From Cycas panzhihuaensis (Eukaryota; Plantae; Cycadophyta): a stretch of 64,000 bases of DNA. Shown piece after piece: positions 12,796-27,629 of the stretch (position 1 is the stretch's first letter; each line of letters starts with the position of its first letter). The position numbers were made by a program, and so were the translations under genes. A model generated the notes under the pieces. That model saw only the letters and a program-made list of their open reading frames with translations, did no database searches and was not told where the DNA came from. The DNA lies in NCBI GenBank assembly GCA_023213395.1, contig CM041465.1, forward strand, positions 73,353,741-73,417,740, written 5' to 3'.

Positions 12796-15720
12796 ACATG
12801 TCATATTTTAAGACAAAGATGAGGATGCGGGATTTCATTTATGGCCAATAGAAGTTAGTGCAAATGCGATGATGGGTTTTTCCAAATCCAGAATGGCCTC
12901 TTAAAGGCATGGAATGATATTATGAAAGGATGCGAGGAATGAAGGGGCACGATGGATGGACAGAGATATAATTCATATAAAGGAGATGATTATCATGGAG
13001 GGACTAATCAACCTAGGTATGCACTTTTACGATCCATTGGGAATAGTCAAAATGGGATTGGTTAGCAGTGACCAATTTGGCTAACCAAGTGGGATGAGGC
13101 TAGGAGATGGCTTAAAGGATTTTAATAGTGGGGAGATAAGAGATAGTATCGACAACAACATTGTCCTTGTTCTCCATGTAGGTGATAGTAAAGTCAAAGG
13201 CTTAGAGTTGATCAACCCACTTAGCTTGTTCTTCTAGGAGGATTGATTGGTCCTAGAATAAGTAGAGGCTATGGTGGTCGGTGAGGATGGTAAATTTGGA
13301 CCTAAAGAGGTATTAACACCATTTATCGAGGGCATGGAGGATGGCTTTCATTTCCTTTTAATAGGTGGAGAGCTAACACTCACACTCTTTTAGTTTATGG
13401 CTCTTAAAGGTGATGGGATGGAAGTTTTATATGAGAATTACACTGAGGCTGAATATGAATACATTGCACTCAAGTTAGAATGGTTGGGAGAAGTCAGTGG
13501 GGCAAGGACATGGGTGGAGGTCATAATTATTTTAAGATGGTTGAAGGCTTTGTCTACAGTAGGGGATGATTGAAAGGAGTCTTTATGGAGGAGGTTGGTT
13601 AATGGGGAGGTTATGAAGGCATAACCTTTAACAAAGTGATGATTGAATCTAGTGAATCCAAGGAAGGCATAAGGTTGGGTGAGGTTTTTTGGTGTGAGCT
13701 AGGATATAATAACGAAGATCTTGTTAGGGTTGACATGAACTCCTTCGGTGGAAATGATGTGATTGAGGTATTATAGTTGAAATTGTCCAAATTCGCATTT
13801 AGAGAGTTTGGCATGCAGTTGTTGTTGGGAGAGGATTTGCAAGACTATTTCGAGGTGATAAAGGTGTTAGGCTAGGTTGGTACTATAAATGAGTATGTCA
13901 TCGAAAAAGATTATGATAAATTTATGGAGGTAGGATGAAAAGACTTTGTTCATGAGTGCTTAAAAGGTAGAGGAGGCATTACAAAGACTAAAGGGTATGA
14001 CTTGAAACTCAAAGTGGTCATGTTGGGTTCAGAGGGTTATTTTATGGAAATCATTAAGGGAGATGGAAATTTGATATTATCCTAACTGGAGGTCGAGTTT
14101 GGAAAACACTAATCCACCATGGATTTCATTTAACATACCATCAATGTGAGGGATTGGGGATTTGGTTTTTATTGTGCTTTGTTCAGTTATCAATAATCGA
14201 TGCATAAATGATTGGACCCATTCTTTTTTGAGACGAGAATGATAGGGACAACATAAGAGCTTTTGCTAGGTTGGATGACACCCATGTCAAGGAGTGTTGT
14301 AATAATATTTTCGACCTCATTTTTCTAGAAATAAGTGTTACAATAGGGTCTAAGGCTAATGGGATTGTAGGGGTTTTTGATCTTGATGGTATATATAAAG
14401 GCATGATGCACTAAGAGATGGCGAGAGGGGGGCAAGAAGGAGGGTGGGGGAGAAGGTAGATTGCTATTCGGTAATGAGGTGTTGGATATTAGGGTGAGTT
14501 GGAGGCATGGCTTCAATGTTCTTAAGGTGAACTACGAAGCCTAGACTACTGTTTAATTGTTTATACATTTGGTTAGGGGAGATGAGATTATTAGAGGGGT
14601 ATTGTATGATGTAAAACTCATAAGTTTTTTTTAAGGTAGTCTTTGAAGAGTATAAAAAGATTGATGGGGAGATTGTTCATACCAAGTTTCAAGAGTCTAT
14701 AACCGCTGGACTTCTAATATGACATTTGATCCTCTAATAGAAAGGATATAAAAGTCTAGTACTAGGTGTTAGGTGCCTATCTAGATGTGAAGGTTCTTAA
14801 TATGCTTGTGCAATGGAGGATATGGTAGCTAGGTAGGGAGCAAGTGAATCCATTTTTTAGGATGATGTACAAGCCTAGCTATCATATAAAAGAGATCTCA
14901 ATAAAATTAAGTGATGTGCCATTGTCAAGGAGGATGGTGATGGGGTCTGGTCGAGTGTACCTTTAACTCTTAGCGGCTTAGGGTAGAAGGTAGACGAGAC
15001 AACAATTAGGAAGTCATTAGGTTCTAGACAACTCTTGGGAGGGCTCATCGGGTAAATCATGTTCCAAGTATGAATCATCATTGATGGGGAGGTTAAGGTC
15101 AATTGTGAAGACCATGTGTTTAGCTTTGGAAACCTTAGAATAGTAGCAGGTCCACTTGTTTGAGCACTTAATGTAAAGGTTAGCCTCTCTTCATCTATTT
15201 GCTTCAATTGTAGGGACTCAAATAGGATTTATAGATTGCTCTATTTCTAGATGTTATGAATCATATGGTCATTGTCGTTAATCTATTGGATGAGGATGTT
15301 GGGAGAAAGTTGGGTCTCGTCGAGAAACTACTAGATGCTCTATTGCAAATTTAGTTTCAATTACTTTGGCCATGGGTATGGCCTCTTCGAAGGTGGTGGT
15401 ATGGACTATCTTAAGGTGAATTTAAATGTGGCCTTTAAGTCCAGAGACATATATATTGATGAGGGTTTACCAACTAAGGGTTCAGGAGACTCAATTCTAC
15501 AATGCTTGGAACTCGTTGGTGTATGCTTCAATTGATGATGTCTACTTCAGACAAGTGAACTTCCTAAAGAAGGATTGGCTACATTTGTTTTCGTATTAAT
15601 CAAAGAAACAAGTGCGAAATAAGGCCCATGTACATGTAGTAGGGTTCTTGCATTGCCACTAACTATAACAATAATGAGCTTTGCCTTCGAGGAGGGTGTA
15701 GGTAAAGGTTGGTTATTGAG
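12796..15720 (-). pseudogene. Decayed gag-protease-RT-RNase H of the chromovirus
   Basis: Recognisable IPHIDGMLNEIHG, SKLDLQLG, MPFSLCNASSTF, FFDDILIYS, FLGFTRF and FDFTITY motifs broken by many stops and frameshifts. Confidence 0.85.
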
Positions 15721-15728
15721 GGACATAA

Positions 15729-15955
15729 GGGTGAGAGAGATAAGATTCTAACTTCTTAATCTAACTATGGGTAGTATCTCATTTGAGGTTAGGGTTGAAG
15801 GTGGGAATTTGTGGGGGTGGGGTGTTTGAGGTTGGGGGGGGCTGTCATCAAAGGTGGGAAGCGGGGGGGTAGGGGTGAGAGAGATAAGATTCTAACTTCT
15901 TGATCTAACTATGGGTAGTATCTCATTTGAGGTTAGGGTTGAAGGTGGGAATTTG
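15729..15955. repeat. Near-identical 83-bp direct duplication separated and followed by G-tracts
   Basis: 15729-15811 vs 15873-15955, one mismatch. Confidence 0.9.
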
Positions 15956-17365
15956 GAGAGGGGGGGGGGGGGAGGGTTGGCCTTGATTGTAAGAAAACCT
16001 AAGTGGGGTGTCTTTAGGTCATTTTCCCTAAAAATTAATGCAAGAAATTGATCTAGTGCACTACAATAGGCATGATGTCCTCATCATAGTGACGTGGGTG
16101 AGAATATGCACAAAAATCAACTGCGGGGTATTTATATGTTGTAAAAAATATGGGTTAAAAATGTCCTAATGAAAAATGAAGGTGCAATGCCCACATTACA
16201 ATAAGACTATTGAAAATTAGTGGTAAAAAAAATAAGACTTTTTTATGTGAAAATTATTTATGAGGGTTTAAACTAGAAAAACTTAAGTGTACAAAAGTTG
16301 GTCATTAATTTTGGGGCGATAATATCACAAATGATAGATCATAAACTATAGATTACACATCATAGATTACAAATTATAGATTATAGACCACAAATTGTAG
16401 ATAACAGATCACAAGTTGCAGATTTACATAACAAAGAAATTGAACAGAAATTTCTCTCTTTTCTTTTTTTGTTTCCATTTTCAATGTAAACAAACTTAAT
16501 AGGACTTGTGCCATAGTGGAGGAGAAAGGATATATTTTTTTGTTGAAAATGAAACCTATAATGCAACGTATACCTAGAGATTTAAACCGAACTTCACATT
16601 TGCATAGATGATTTTATTCAACTGTGTGACAAAGTTCCCTAATCAAGCATGAGATCTAATACCACTTGGGACAGACTTGTCCCAAATATTACCCCAAATA
16701 TTAACATAGAATAGATCTTAATGTACATAAATATGATAACCAATAAAATAAATTTATTATTGATCACCAATAGAACTGAGTATAGATTAGGATACCAAAA
16801 GACTATAATGTAGTACACTTAGATGCAATATCATAAAGTAAAGTAGGATAATCCCTAATACTTTATGAGGCCCTATAAATACAAAAAGAGGCCTCTACAT
16901 GAATGCCACATAGTAAGGGTAGGTGAGCCCTTATATACAAATGTCAAGTGGTGAATATCCTACTACAATGAGCTAGCATTATTGATTAGGTCCCATAGTC
17001 ATATGTCAATATGCTAGCAATCAAGTCCTATGTTCAAGGTGGCTATGTAGCAGATTGATTTCATAAATGATGAAAGATACATTGGTTAGGGTATTCCTTG
17101 AATTTATACTCAAAGGGGAAGGGACCCTAATTACATTATTACATAATAACATAACATAATATTAACTGCCCCCCTAAATTAATGCATAGACCTTAGGCCT
17201 AGAGACAAAATAAGCTACAACATACTCCTAATACTATGGTGTGTCTAGATACACAACATGCCCTCCTCCTTAAAGATCTTTGTTTTACAAATAGTTAAAA
17301 ACTCTAAAGTTAAATATCATCAACTTAAAATAGTATTGAGACGAGTGACCCTTAAAGAAACTTTG

Positions 17366-20737
<3,372 letters not shown>

Positions 20738-22040
20738 CTTTCACTTCCAAAAAGTTGTAGAGCAAACCAAAATCTAACATTTCAAATATTTTCTTAAGGT
20801 CATTCTTCAAGTCTTCAACCTTAAGATATTATTACTTATGATCATAAGTTCGTCTATATAGAGAACTACAAAGATATTTGAATGATCACCATCAACTTTA
20901 ATATACAGTTTTGGATCAACTAATGACCTCTTAAACTCGTTATTCAAAAAATACTAATCGATCTTAGAGTGCTAAGCTCTTAGAACCTGCTTTAAGCTAT
21001 AGAAAGCCTTCTCCAAGCAATATACTGTGTGTTCTTTACTTTTTGTATATATCCAGATGGTTGCTCCATATAGACCTCCTCCTTAAGATCTCCACTTAAG
21101 AAGGCACACTTGACATCACACTAGTGTAACTACCATTTAAACTAAGTAACTATTACTAATATTAATATAACCACCATCATTTTGGCTATTGGAATGAATG
21201 TCTATTAGTCATTGATGCCTTTTGCCTCTTTTTGCTACCAATTTAGCCTTATATCTATCAATTGAGCCATCAAATCTAAATTTGGTCTTATAGATCCATT
21301 TCATTCAATTACCTATTTGCCTACTAGTAATTCAACCAAGTCCCAAGTTTAATTCTACTCAACATCTCATATTTCATCATCCATTATTCTCTAGTTCTGC
21401 TCTTTATATGCCTCTTCAAAACTCAAAGGCTCTTCAACATTTAGCACATCAGCCATTAAAGCGTAGTTGACCCTATCAGGTCTTATCCTCGATTTGTGTT
21501 TCCCTTCAATCTCGAGTAACTGAGCTTCTAGTATGGTTTTCAAATACCATTCAGGGACTTTTTTGCTAGGTGGAGCAACTTCAGGATATACATTAAGTTG
21601 TGACTCCTAAGCATCTTGATGCTTCTCCTCCTCAGCTTCCTCTTCATCTTCTTGCTTTTATTTAGTCTTAGGCTTGATAAATTGTTGCCTTCGAGAACTA
21701 AATTCTAGTTGTTCCTTAATTTTCTTCCCTTTGTCTTGCCATATTTTCAAAGTATCTAGGCCTTGGTCTATATCATGCTTGTCAACTCCTTTGAAGATGA
21801 TGTTCCAACTTATATACCTAGTATGCTTTGCTTTCTTCACTGTACTTGACGAGGATACACTTGGAAGTTTTATCATCAAACATTTTGCATTTCTCCTTTG
21901 GAACATGCATATATATGATACTCCCAAAGATTTTAAGATGGATTAAAATAGATTTTCTTCTTAACCATGTTTCTTCTAGCATCATATTCCAAATAGCTTT
22001 CATTGAACTCTTATCAGTCAAATATGTTGTTGTACAAATA
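20738..22040 (-). pseudogene. Ty1/Copia pol remnant (integrase C-terminus/SH3 and RT)
   Basis: FGSIIYMHVPKEKCKMFDDKTSKCILVKYSEESKAY, NYALMADVLNVEEPLSFEEA, WIYKTKF and NDLKKIFEMLDFGLL motifs. Confidence 0.85.
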
Positions 22041-22374
22041 GTTCTCGCTGAAAAATATTCAAACCATAAAATTCTAAATCATAAGATATAGTTGTAACTA
22101 ACACACTACATAACATTAGTTAATAAAAACTACAAATGAGAATTTTTTTTTTTTTTCCAAGGTCCCATTCGCTTCCTTTTGCTTATGGGCTCCTAACATA
22201 CACATTACATAACATTACTTAATAAAAACTACAAAGCAGACAACCTAGTATTATCTCATATAGCATCATTTTTACTCAACTAATGATGATCCATGTGAAT
22301 GCATACCCAGTATGATACAACCACTCTCTTTAGTAATAACAAAATTATTTAGGCCATTAAGTTGATGTGACAGT

Positions 22375-23410
22375 TGTAAGTTAGCCTAAACCCTTGGGCA
22401 TATGATAAGCTAGAAAACGTTGTGGGTTAACCAAAATCCTTTGCACTCTACAAATAGGATGAGGAATATAAATCATGAGAATTACTACTTAGTTTGACTT
22501 GGGAAAAGGTTGTGGGTTAACGCAAACCCTCTACTCTCTGAATAAGATGAGAAGTACAGGTAAGAAGGCTTGCCACTCTGTTTGACTTGGGAAAAGGAGT
22601 TACCTTACAATAAGGGCCCCGAGGGAGATTTTAGCAACTCAATTAAGGCATGCATAGGGCTCAATATAACTACCATGACCTAGTTGATGGGAAATTCAAC
22701 ATCCAAATATGAGATGCCATTGGATGCAACTCAATACAACTTAGATTCTAATAACTACTGCTCAATAACATGATACACATGTTATTAATCAACAACATGA
22801 TGAAGATTAGTGATGAACCATCAATCCAAGGGACTTCCTAGCAAACCAATAGATGCAATGTCTAGTTATCCATGCAAACAAGGGCATGGACAATCCTTCA
22901 TATGGACATCATTGACTTCTATTATCACATAAATAAGTGAGAGTTTTTATTGGCCTACACAACTTCTTAAGTCCAAGAGAGATGTTGGTCTATAAAAGGG
23001 CCATGGTCAAAACATTTAAAGTGTTATTAATAATATATTAGAAATGGGGTCATTGGTACTTGCTTAATCCAAGGTTAATTAATGTGAATAAAAAGTATCA
23101 ATAAAGGGATTAGTTGAGAATTGGTTAGGTAATCGAACCACCCAACCTGGTGTATAAATAAACTACATGAGAGAGGCATGTAAATATATAAGTGCATTGT
23201 GAGGTATTATTGTGTAGAGGGTTGATACATTGATTCAAGGCTACCAGCCTATGCTGCCCAACTAACCATGTAATCTCCTCCATTAATAAAAGATGTCATT
23301 GTTGCTCATACTTGTATTCTTGTCTTTGATCTCCTCTTTCCTCTTATGAATACTATGTTTGATGTTATAATGCTGAATGCTATGTGATTATGTGTGTCGT
23401 CTTAACTACA
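22375..23410 (+). mobile_element. Probable solo LTR (~1 kb) with an internal ~90-bp duplication
   Basis: Termini tgtaagttag and cttaactaca, TATA at ~23153, aataaa at ~23285, imperfect flanks acagt/acaac. Confidence 0.5.
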
Positions 23411-25251
23411 ACAACACATTGGTGAATGAAATACTTGAGGCCCTAGTTTGCCAATAACCATGCTTTATTAGATGTTGTAATATCTACTATGCAATGGAAC
23501 ACATAATTGATTACTAAAAGTGTAATTGCAACCACTACATTTTGGCCTTTGCCCTCAAATTCTTTTAATCTCTTTTATTTAGTTGGTCTTGGTTCAATTC
23601 CTATAACTATGCCCCATGCTCCTTTGCCTACAAATTGGCTCCTTATTTCAATTTTCCATGTAATGTAATTACTATCATTTCATTTCTCATGCTAAGGAAG
23701 ATAGTAATATGATGCCATTTTGACTGAAGTTTGTCTCCACTAGGTGGACCAAACTTCACAAACCAACCTTTCTATGCCATACTTTTGTTGGAATATGCAT
23801 TAATCTACACTACACAACTACACACAAGGCTAATTTTCAAAAATTTAAATTAATCATGATAAACTTATCTTATTTGCTTGTTGTTGTCTTATTTGTTAAG
23901 GCACTAATTGTCAAAATAGGTGGAAAATAACTTGAAAAAACTCAAAAAATGAAGTAAATCTCCTTTCGCAACTTTAACACCTCAATGCATGTGACCACTC
24001 ACTTGAATGATAAGGGGGCAGACTTCAACAAACTATCCAATTTACTTTGATTTAATCGAACCTTTAGAAATTAAAAATTTTTGGTCAAAATGATCATCAC
24101 TCATATGATTTTTTTTTTGTTGTTTGAATTTTTTCCACCATGTTCTTCATTGTACGATTTATCTCATTATTGTGGCCACATTTGCAATGTTAGAGAGATA
24201 CCCATGTTCCAATTTGAAATTGCCAATTGCCATTGCCTTTATGAATTGTCACTGCCTACTTATTAGAAATCTCTTACTGCCACTTTTATTAAGCATTGAA
24301 TAGGGATTCAACTTTTAGAGAACTACAACAGAGATCTTAGAGATCACTATGCCAACCTTAATTCTTCACAATCGCATCTTCAAATCTCCATCACGTTTAT
24401 GTCTATGCTTGGTTGGAAATCAAATGGCCAACTCAGATGCTTGACATTACCAAATGGCTTTCAAATACAGATGTACAAATATACATAACTTTTATTTGTA
24501 ACTGCTATAGTCACAAACATAAAACGGTTGACTCATATCAAATTCGACAACAACCAAATGGCTATCAAGCACTCAAATGCAAGTCATAACATTTTGTTCT
24601 TCATGCAACAACTTATCTATTTATATGTCTCCATTTGTTTTCTTTAATTCCTCAAATGAAATCAATCTTGACCCTCCCAATTTGGGTCCTTCAAGGTTGG
24701 GTTCTAGCTCTAGTTATCCTTTCAACCCCCTTCTAATCTTCATGCTTTGATACTGTGTGCTTCTACTTATCGACATGCATAAGTAGGCACAAGAGCAACA
24801 ATAGTACAAAGTCAATCACTCAAGCATTCAAAAGACAACAATTATATGAGGCCAACAACCATATTCATTCCATTATGACAAGTTGCTCTAGTCCTCTCAC
24901 AACTAGAGACAACCCAGAACAATACGCATAGTAACTGGAACAATTACAACAAGTACAAATGTACAGGCGAACTACATTCTGCACATCAATAGTAAAAATC
25001 CTGCCTACCCCTAAATGCACTTTTACATTTATATTTTATCTTTTGTAACTGTGGCTTGAGTTGGTTGCAACCGCTCTTTAACAATTCAATTATATTAATC
25101 AAGTTGCAACTAATTTGACCACACATATCTCTCCCACCACAAAACTTACAAGTAAGCAACAAGATTTCACAATTAAATAGTACATTATAGAAAAAAAAAG
25201 AGATTAGCCTTCTCGTTCCTTCTTGATCTTTTCCATCTCTGTGCAAATCTG

Positions 25252-26990
25252 CTATGGATCAGGCCAATAAATCGTATAAGGCGGGTTTATTCCATGCTTT
25301 TTGATGACAACATTGTATAATTTCTGCAAATGGTCCATTGTTGGCTTTTCTCCTGATTGTAGCTGTTCGATTTCCTCTTCTAGTTCGTTCTTCCTTATCT
25401 CCACAGACAACAAATCTCTTCGCAAGGAGGTAATCATCAACAAAAAATGATTAGCATATTTAGCATCTTCCGTGTTTGCATTATCCAGGCTCCCAATTTA
25501 CGAATTACCTTCTCCAATCCTTGTGGGATTTGCTCACTAAACAATGCCTCGAAAGTTAGTACCAAATGCTCTACTCGAAAAGTGTTGCCAACCCAATGCA
25601 GAATAAACTTGGTTAGAAATTCCAATTTTACCTCACAAGTGGCTAACTGATCCTCTGCCTTTTGAATCCCCTGCAAGTCAGGCAGTGGCCTTTTGCTCTG
25701 GGCTTCATGCTCACTAACCAATTGCCGAATGACTTTAGCTAGGAATGAAATCTTCCAATGTGCCATATTATATGGCTGGCACTCCATTGGATCAATCCCT
25801 TCCTCAATCAATTCCTCATTATTGCAATCAAAGTCCACCTCATCTAGTTGACTGTTCAAAATTTCTATAATTTCCTGCTTGACTTTCTCAGTGGCAACTC
25901 TTCTCTTCTTTCTTATTTCCTCTTCAGTATTTGCAAGTTTCTCAGGTTGCGAGTCTGGCTAGTGCTTTTCCTCTTCCGCTTTCTTCTTTAGCAACACATT
26001 GCCTACCTTTTGCTTCCCTCTTTTAATTTCCTCCTTTTTGTTCTTTTCCTCTTTCAATTTTTGTTCATAATTCTCCCTCTGCTTATCGGCTAGCGAGGTC
26101 ACCTCTTCTAGCTATCGTTTCCCTTTTCTTCCTCCTGATGGTGTTGGTTGGGAGCTATTGGCTTGGCGTTTTCTTAAAAAATAATCCTTCACTTTATCTT
26201 GAATCTCACTGCACCAAAATTTTCCTTGTCTTCTGAAGTACTTAATCCATCCAATCATAATAGACTGTCCTGATTCTGCTGCGGGTAGTTCCAAATTAGG
26301 ACATTGCGAGTACAACAGTCCTTGGAATAGGCTTTGATGGTAAAAGACTGTCAACTGTGGTCCTGCTTTGATATTATATAATTTTTCTGCAAACTTGCTT
26401 GAAAGAAACGAAACCTAGTTAAATATATCTCCCTTCGCCACCCGCAAAAGTACTGATCTCATCTCTGTGATTACATTTAAATTTTTTTGACTTAATATTA
26501 CTTGGGTAAAAGGAAAATGAGCTACCCAACACCTAAGGTCATCCACAATACTGGTGATACAAATACCAGATATAGAAACATCTGATATTTGCGCACTTAG
26601 TTGTTTCGCTACTTGCTCCTCTGGGATTCTTTTATCCTTAGGCACCGCCGGAATCAAGTAACCCTAAAACTTATGCAATAGCCTTCGCTGAAATATCCAA
26701 AAGATCTGGTTAGTGTGCTACAAGTTGAATCATTGCAGACATAAACTCTATGATTGTTGGAAATAGTCTAGTTTGCACATATTGTGCAAATCCAACCTCT
26801 GTCAAATTCACTTTTCTCTCATCCTCCTTGGGCATATTACACCAAGAAATCCTAATTCCTTCATCATATACATCTTAAAGATTAATCTAAATATCTCTAG
26901 TAGTCTTCATCCTGATCTCTGCAATTGCTTCCAAAGTTTCTTGGTTTCTGCCTTCAACCCTGATGCCCTATTATCTTGTCAACCATGCGA
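25252..26990 (-). pseudogene. Extra ORF downstream of pol (~580 codons, central K/E-rich coiled coil), function unknown
   Basis: ORFs 26415-26657, 26112-26354 and 25437-25859 are in one frame, separated by isolated stops. ORF 25252-25443 continues after a frameshift. Confidence 0.7.
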
Positions 26991-27319
26991 AACCACTATG
27001 ATTTCAAATTATGGTTGCAATAACTAAGTTGTAACCCCAACATACTATCTTTTCTCTCCTCCTATGCATGATAGCCACCTATCACCCTATTTACTCCTTG
27101 AATCATCTTGGTTTGTGCATCAATCTGATTGCCAATAATTTCAACTGAATTGTCGCTGCCATCATTAACCATTTGTACCATGCTTTATTTTTGCTTTTTC
27201 CTAATTTGACTGTTTCTTTATTGATGTAATTATCTTCTATTTTATATAACTTTTTGTAACAATCTTCTACTAGCCTTAGTGCTATTCATAGTTATTTACC
27301 ATCTTCTTGATTACATCTG

Positions 27320-27610
27320 GTTACAGTCTTTCCCTTTTTCCATTACAACTGATTGCATTCTTTCCCAGTTGCGTCTTGACTCCTCCTGGTTGCCCTGGTT
27401 GCAATCCTTTACTTCCCTCAATTGCATCTGATTGCGATCCTTTATTTTCTCAGTTGCACTTGGTTGCAATCTTAACTTTCTCATATCTTTTACTCTTCTA
27501 GTTGCAATTCTTTACTTCCCTTGGTTGCGTCTGGTTACAATCCTTTACTTTCCTCAGTTGCACCTGGTTATAGCCCTTTACTTCCCTCAATTGTATCTGG
27601 TTACCACAAT
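27320..27610. repeat. Degenerate ~33-bp tandem repeat (ggttgcaatccttttacttccctcaattgcatct)
   Basis: At least six recognisable units between the RNase H end and the extra ORF. Confidence 0.8.
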
Positions 27611-27629
27611 TTCGTGATTGTATGCTTGG

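Larger units (their letters stand above)
6753..17052 (-). mobile_element. Old Ty3/Gypsy chromovirus (Reina-like size, ~5.7 kb without its nested insert), heavily decayed
   Basis: LTRs at 6753-7093 and 16667-17052, with a perfect TSD gattg/gattg. Degenerate Met PBS at 16653-16664 and PPT at 7094-7105. Motifs: protease LDNGTSLNF (~14900-14930), RT IIIFFDDILIYS (~13882-13917), integrase, and chromodomain EYLMQWVGY..TWE (~7165-7220). Confidence 0.9.

Noticed and set aside
16059-16070. cactacaatagg resembling a CACTA transposon terminus
   Set aside because: No matching opposite terminus, subterminal repeats or 3-bp TSD found.
22101-22235. 36-bp direct repeat 99 bp apart
   Set aside because: No PBS, PPT or terminal motifs; treated as a local duplication.
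27320-27610. Regular ~33-bp repeats as a possible CRISPR-like array
   Set aside because: Head-to-tail degenerate repeats without unique spacers, in a eukaryotic retrotransposon context.
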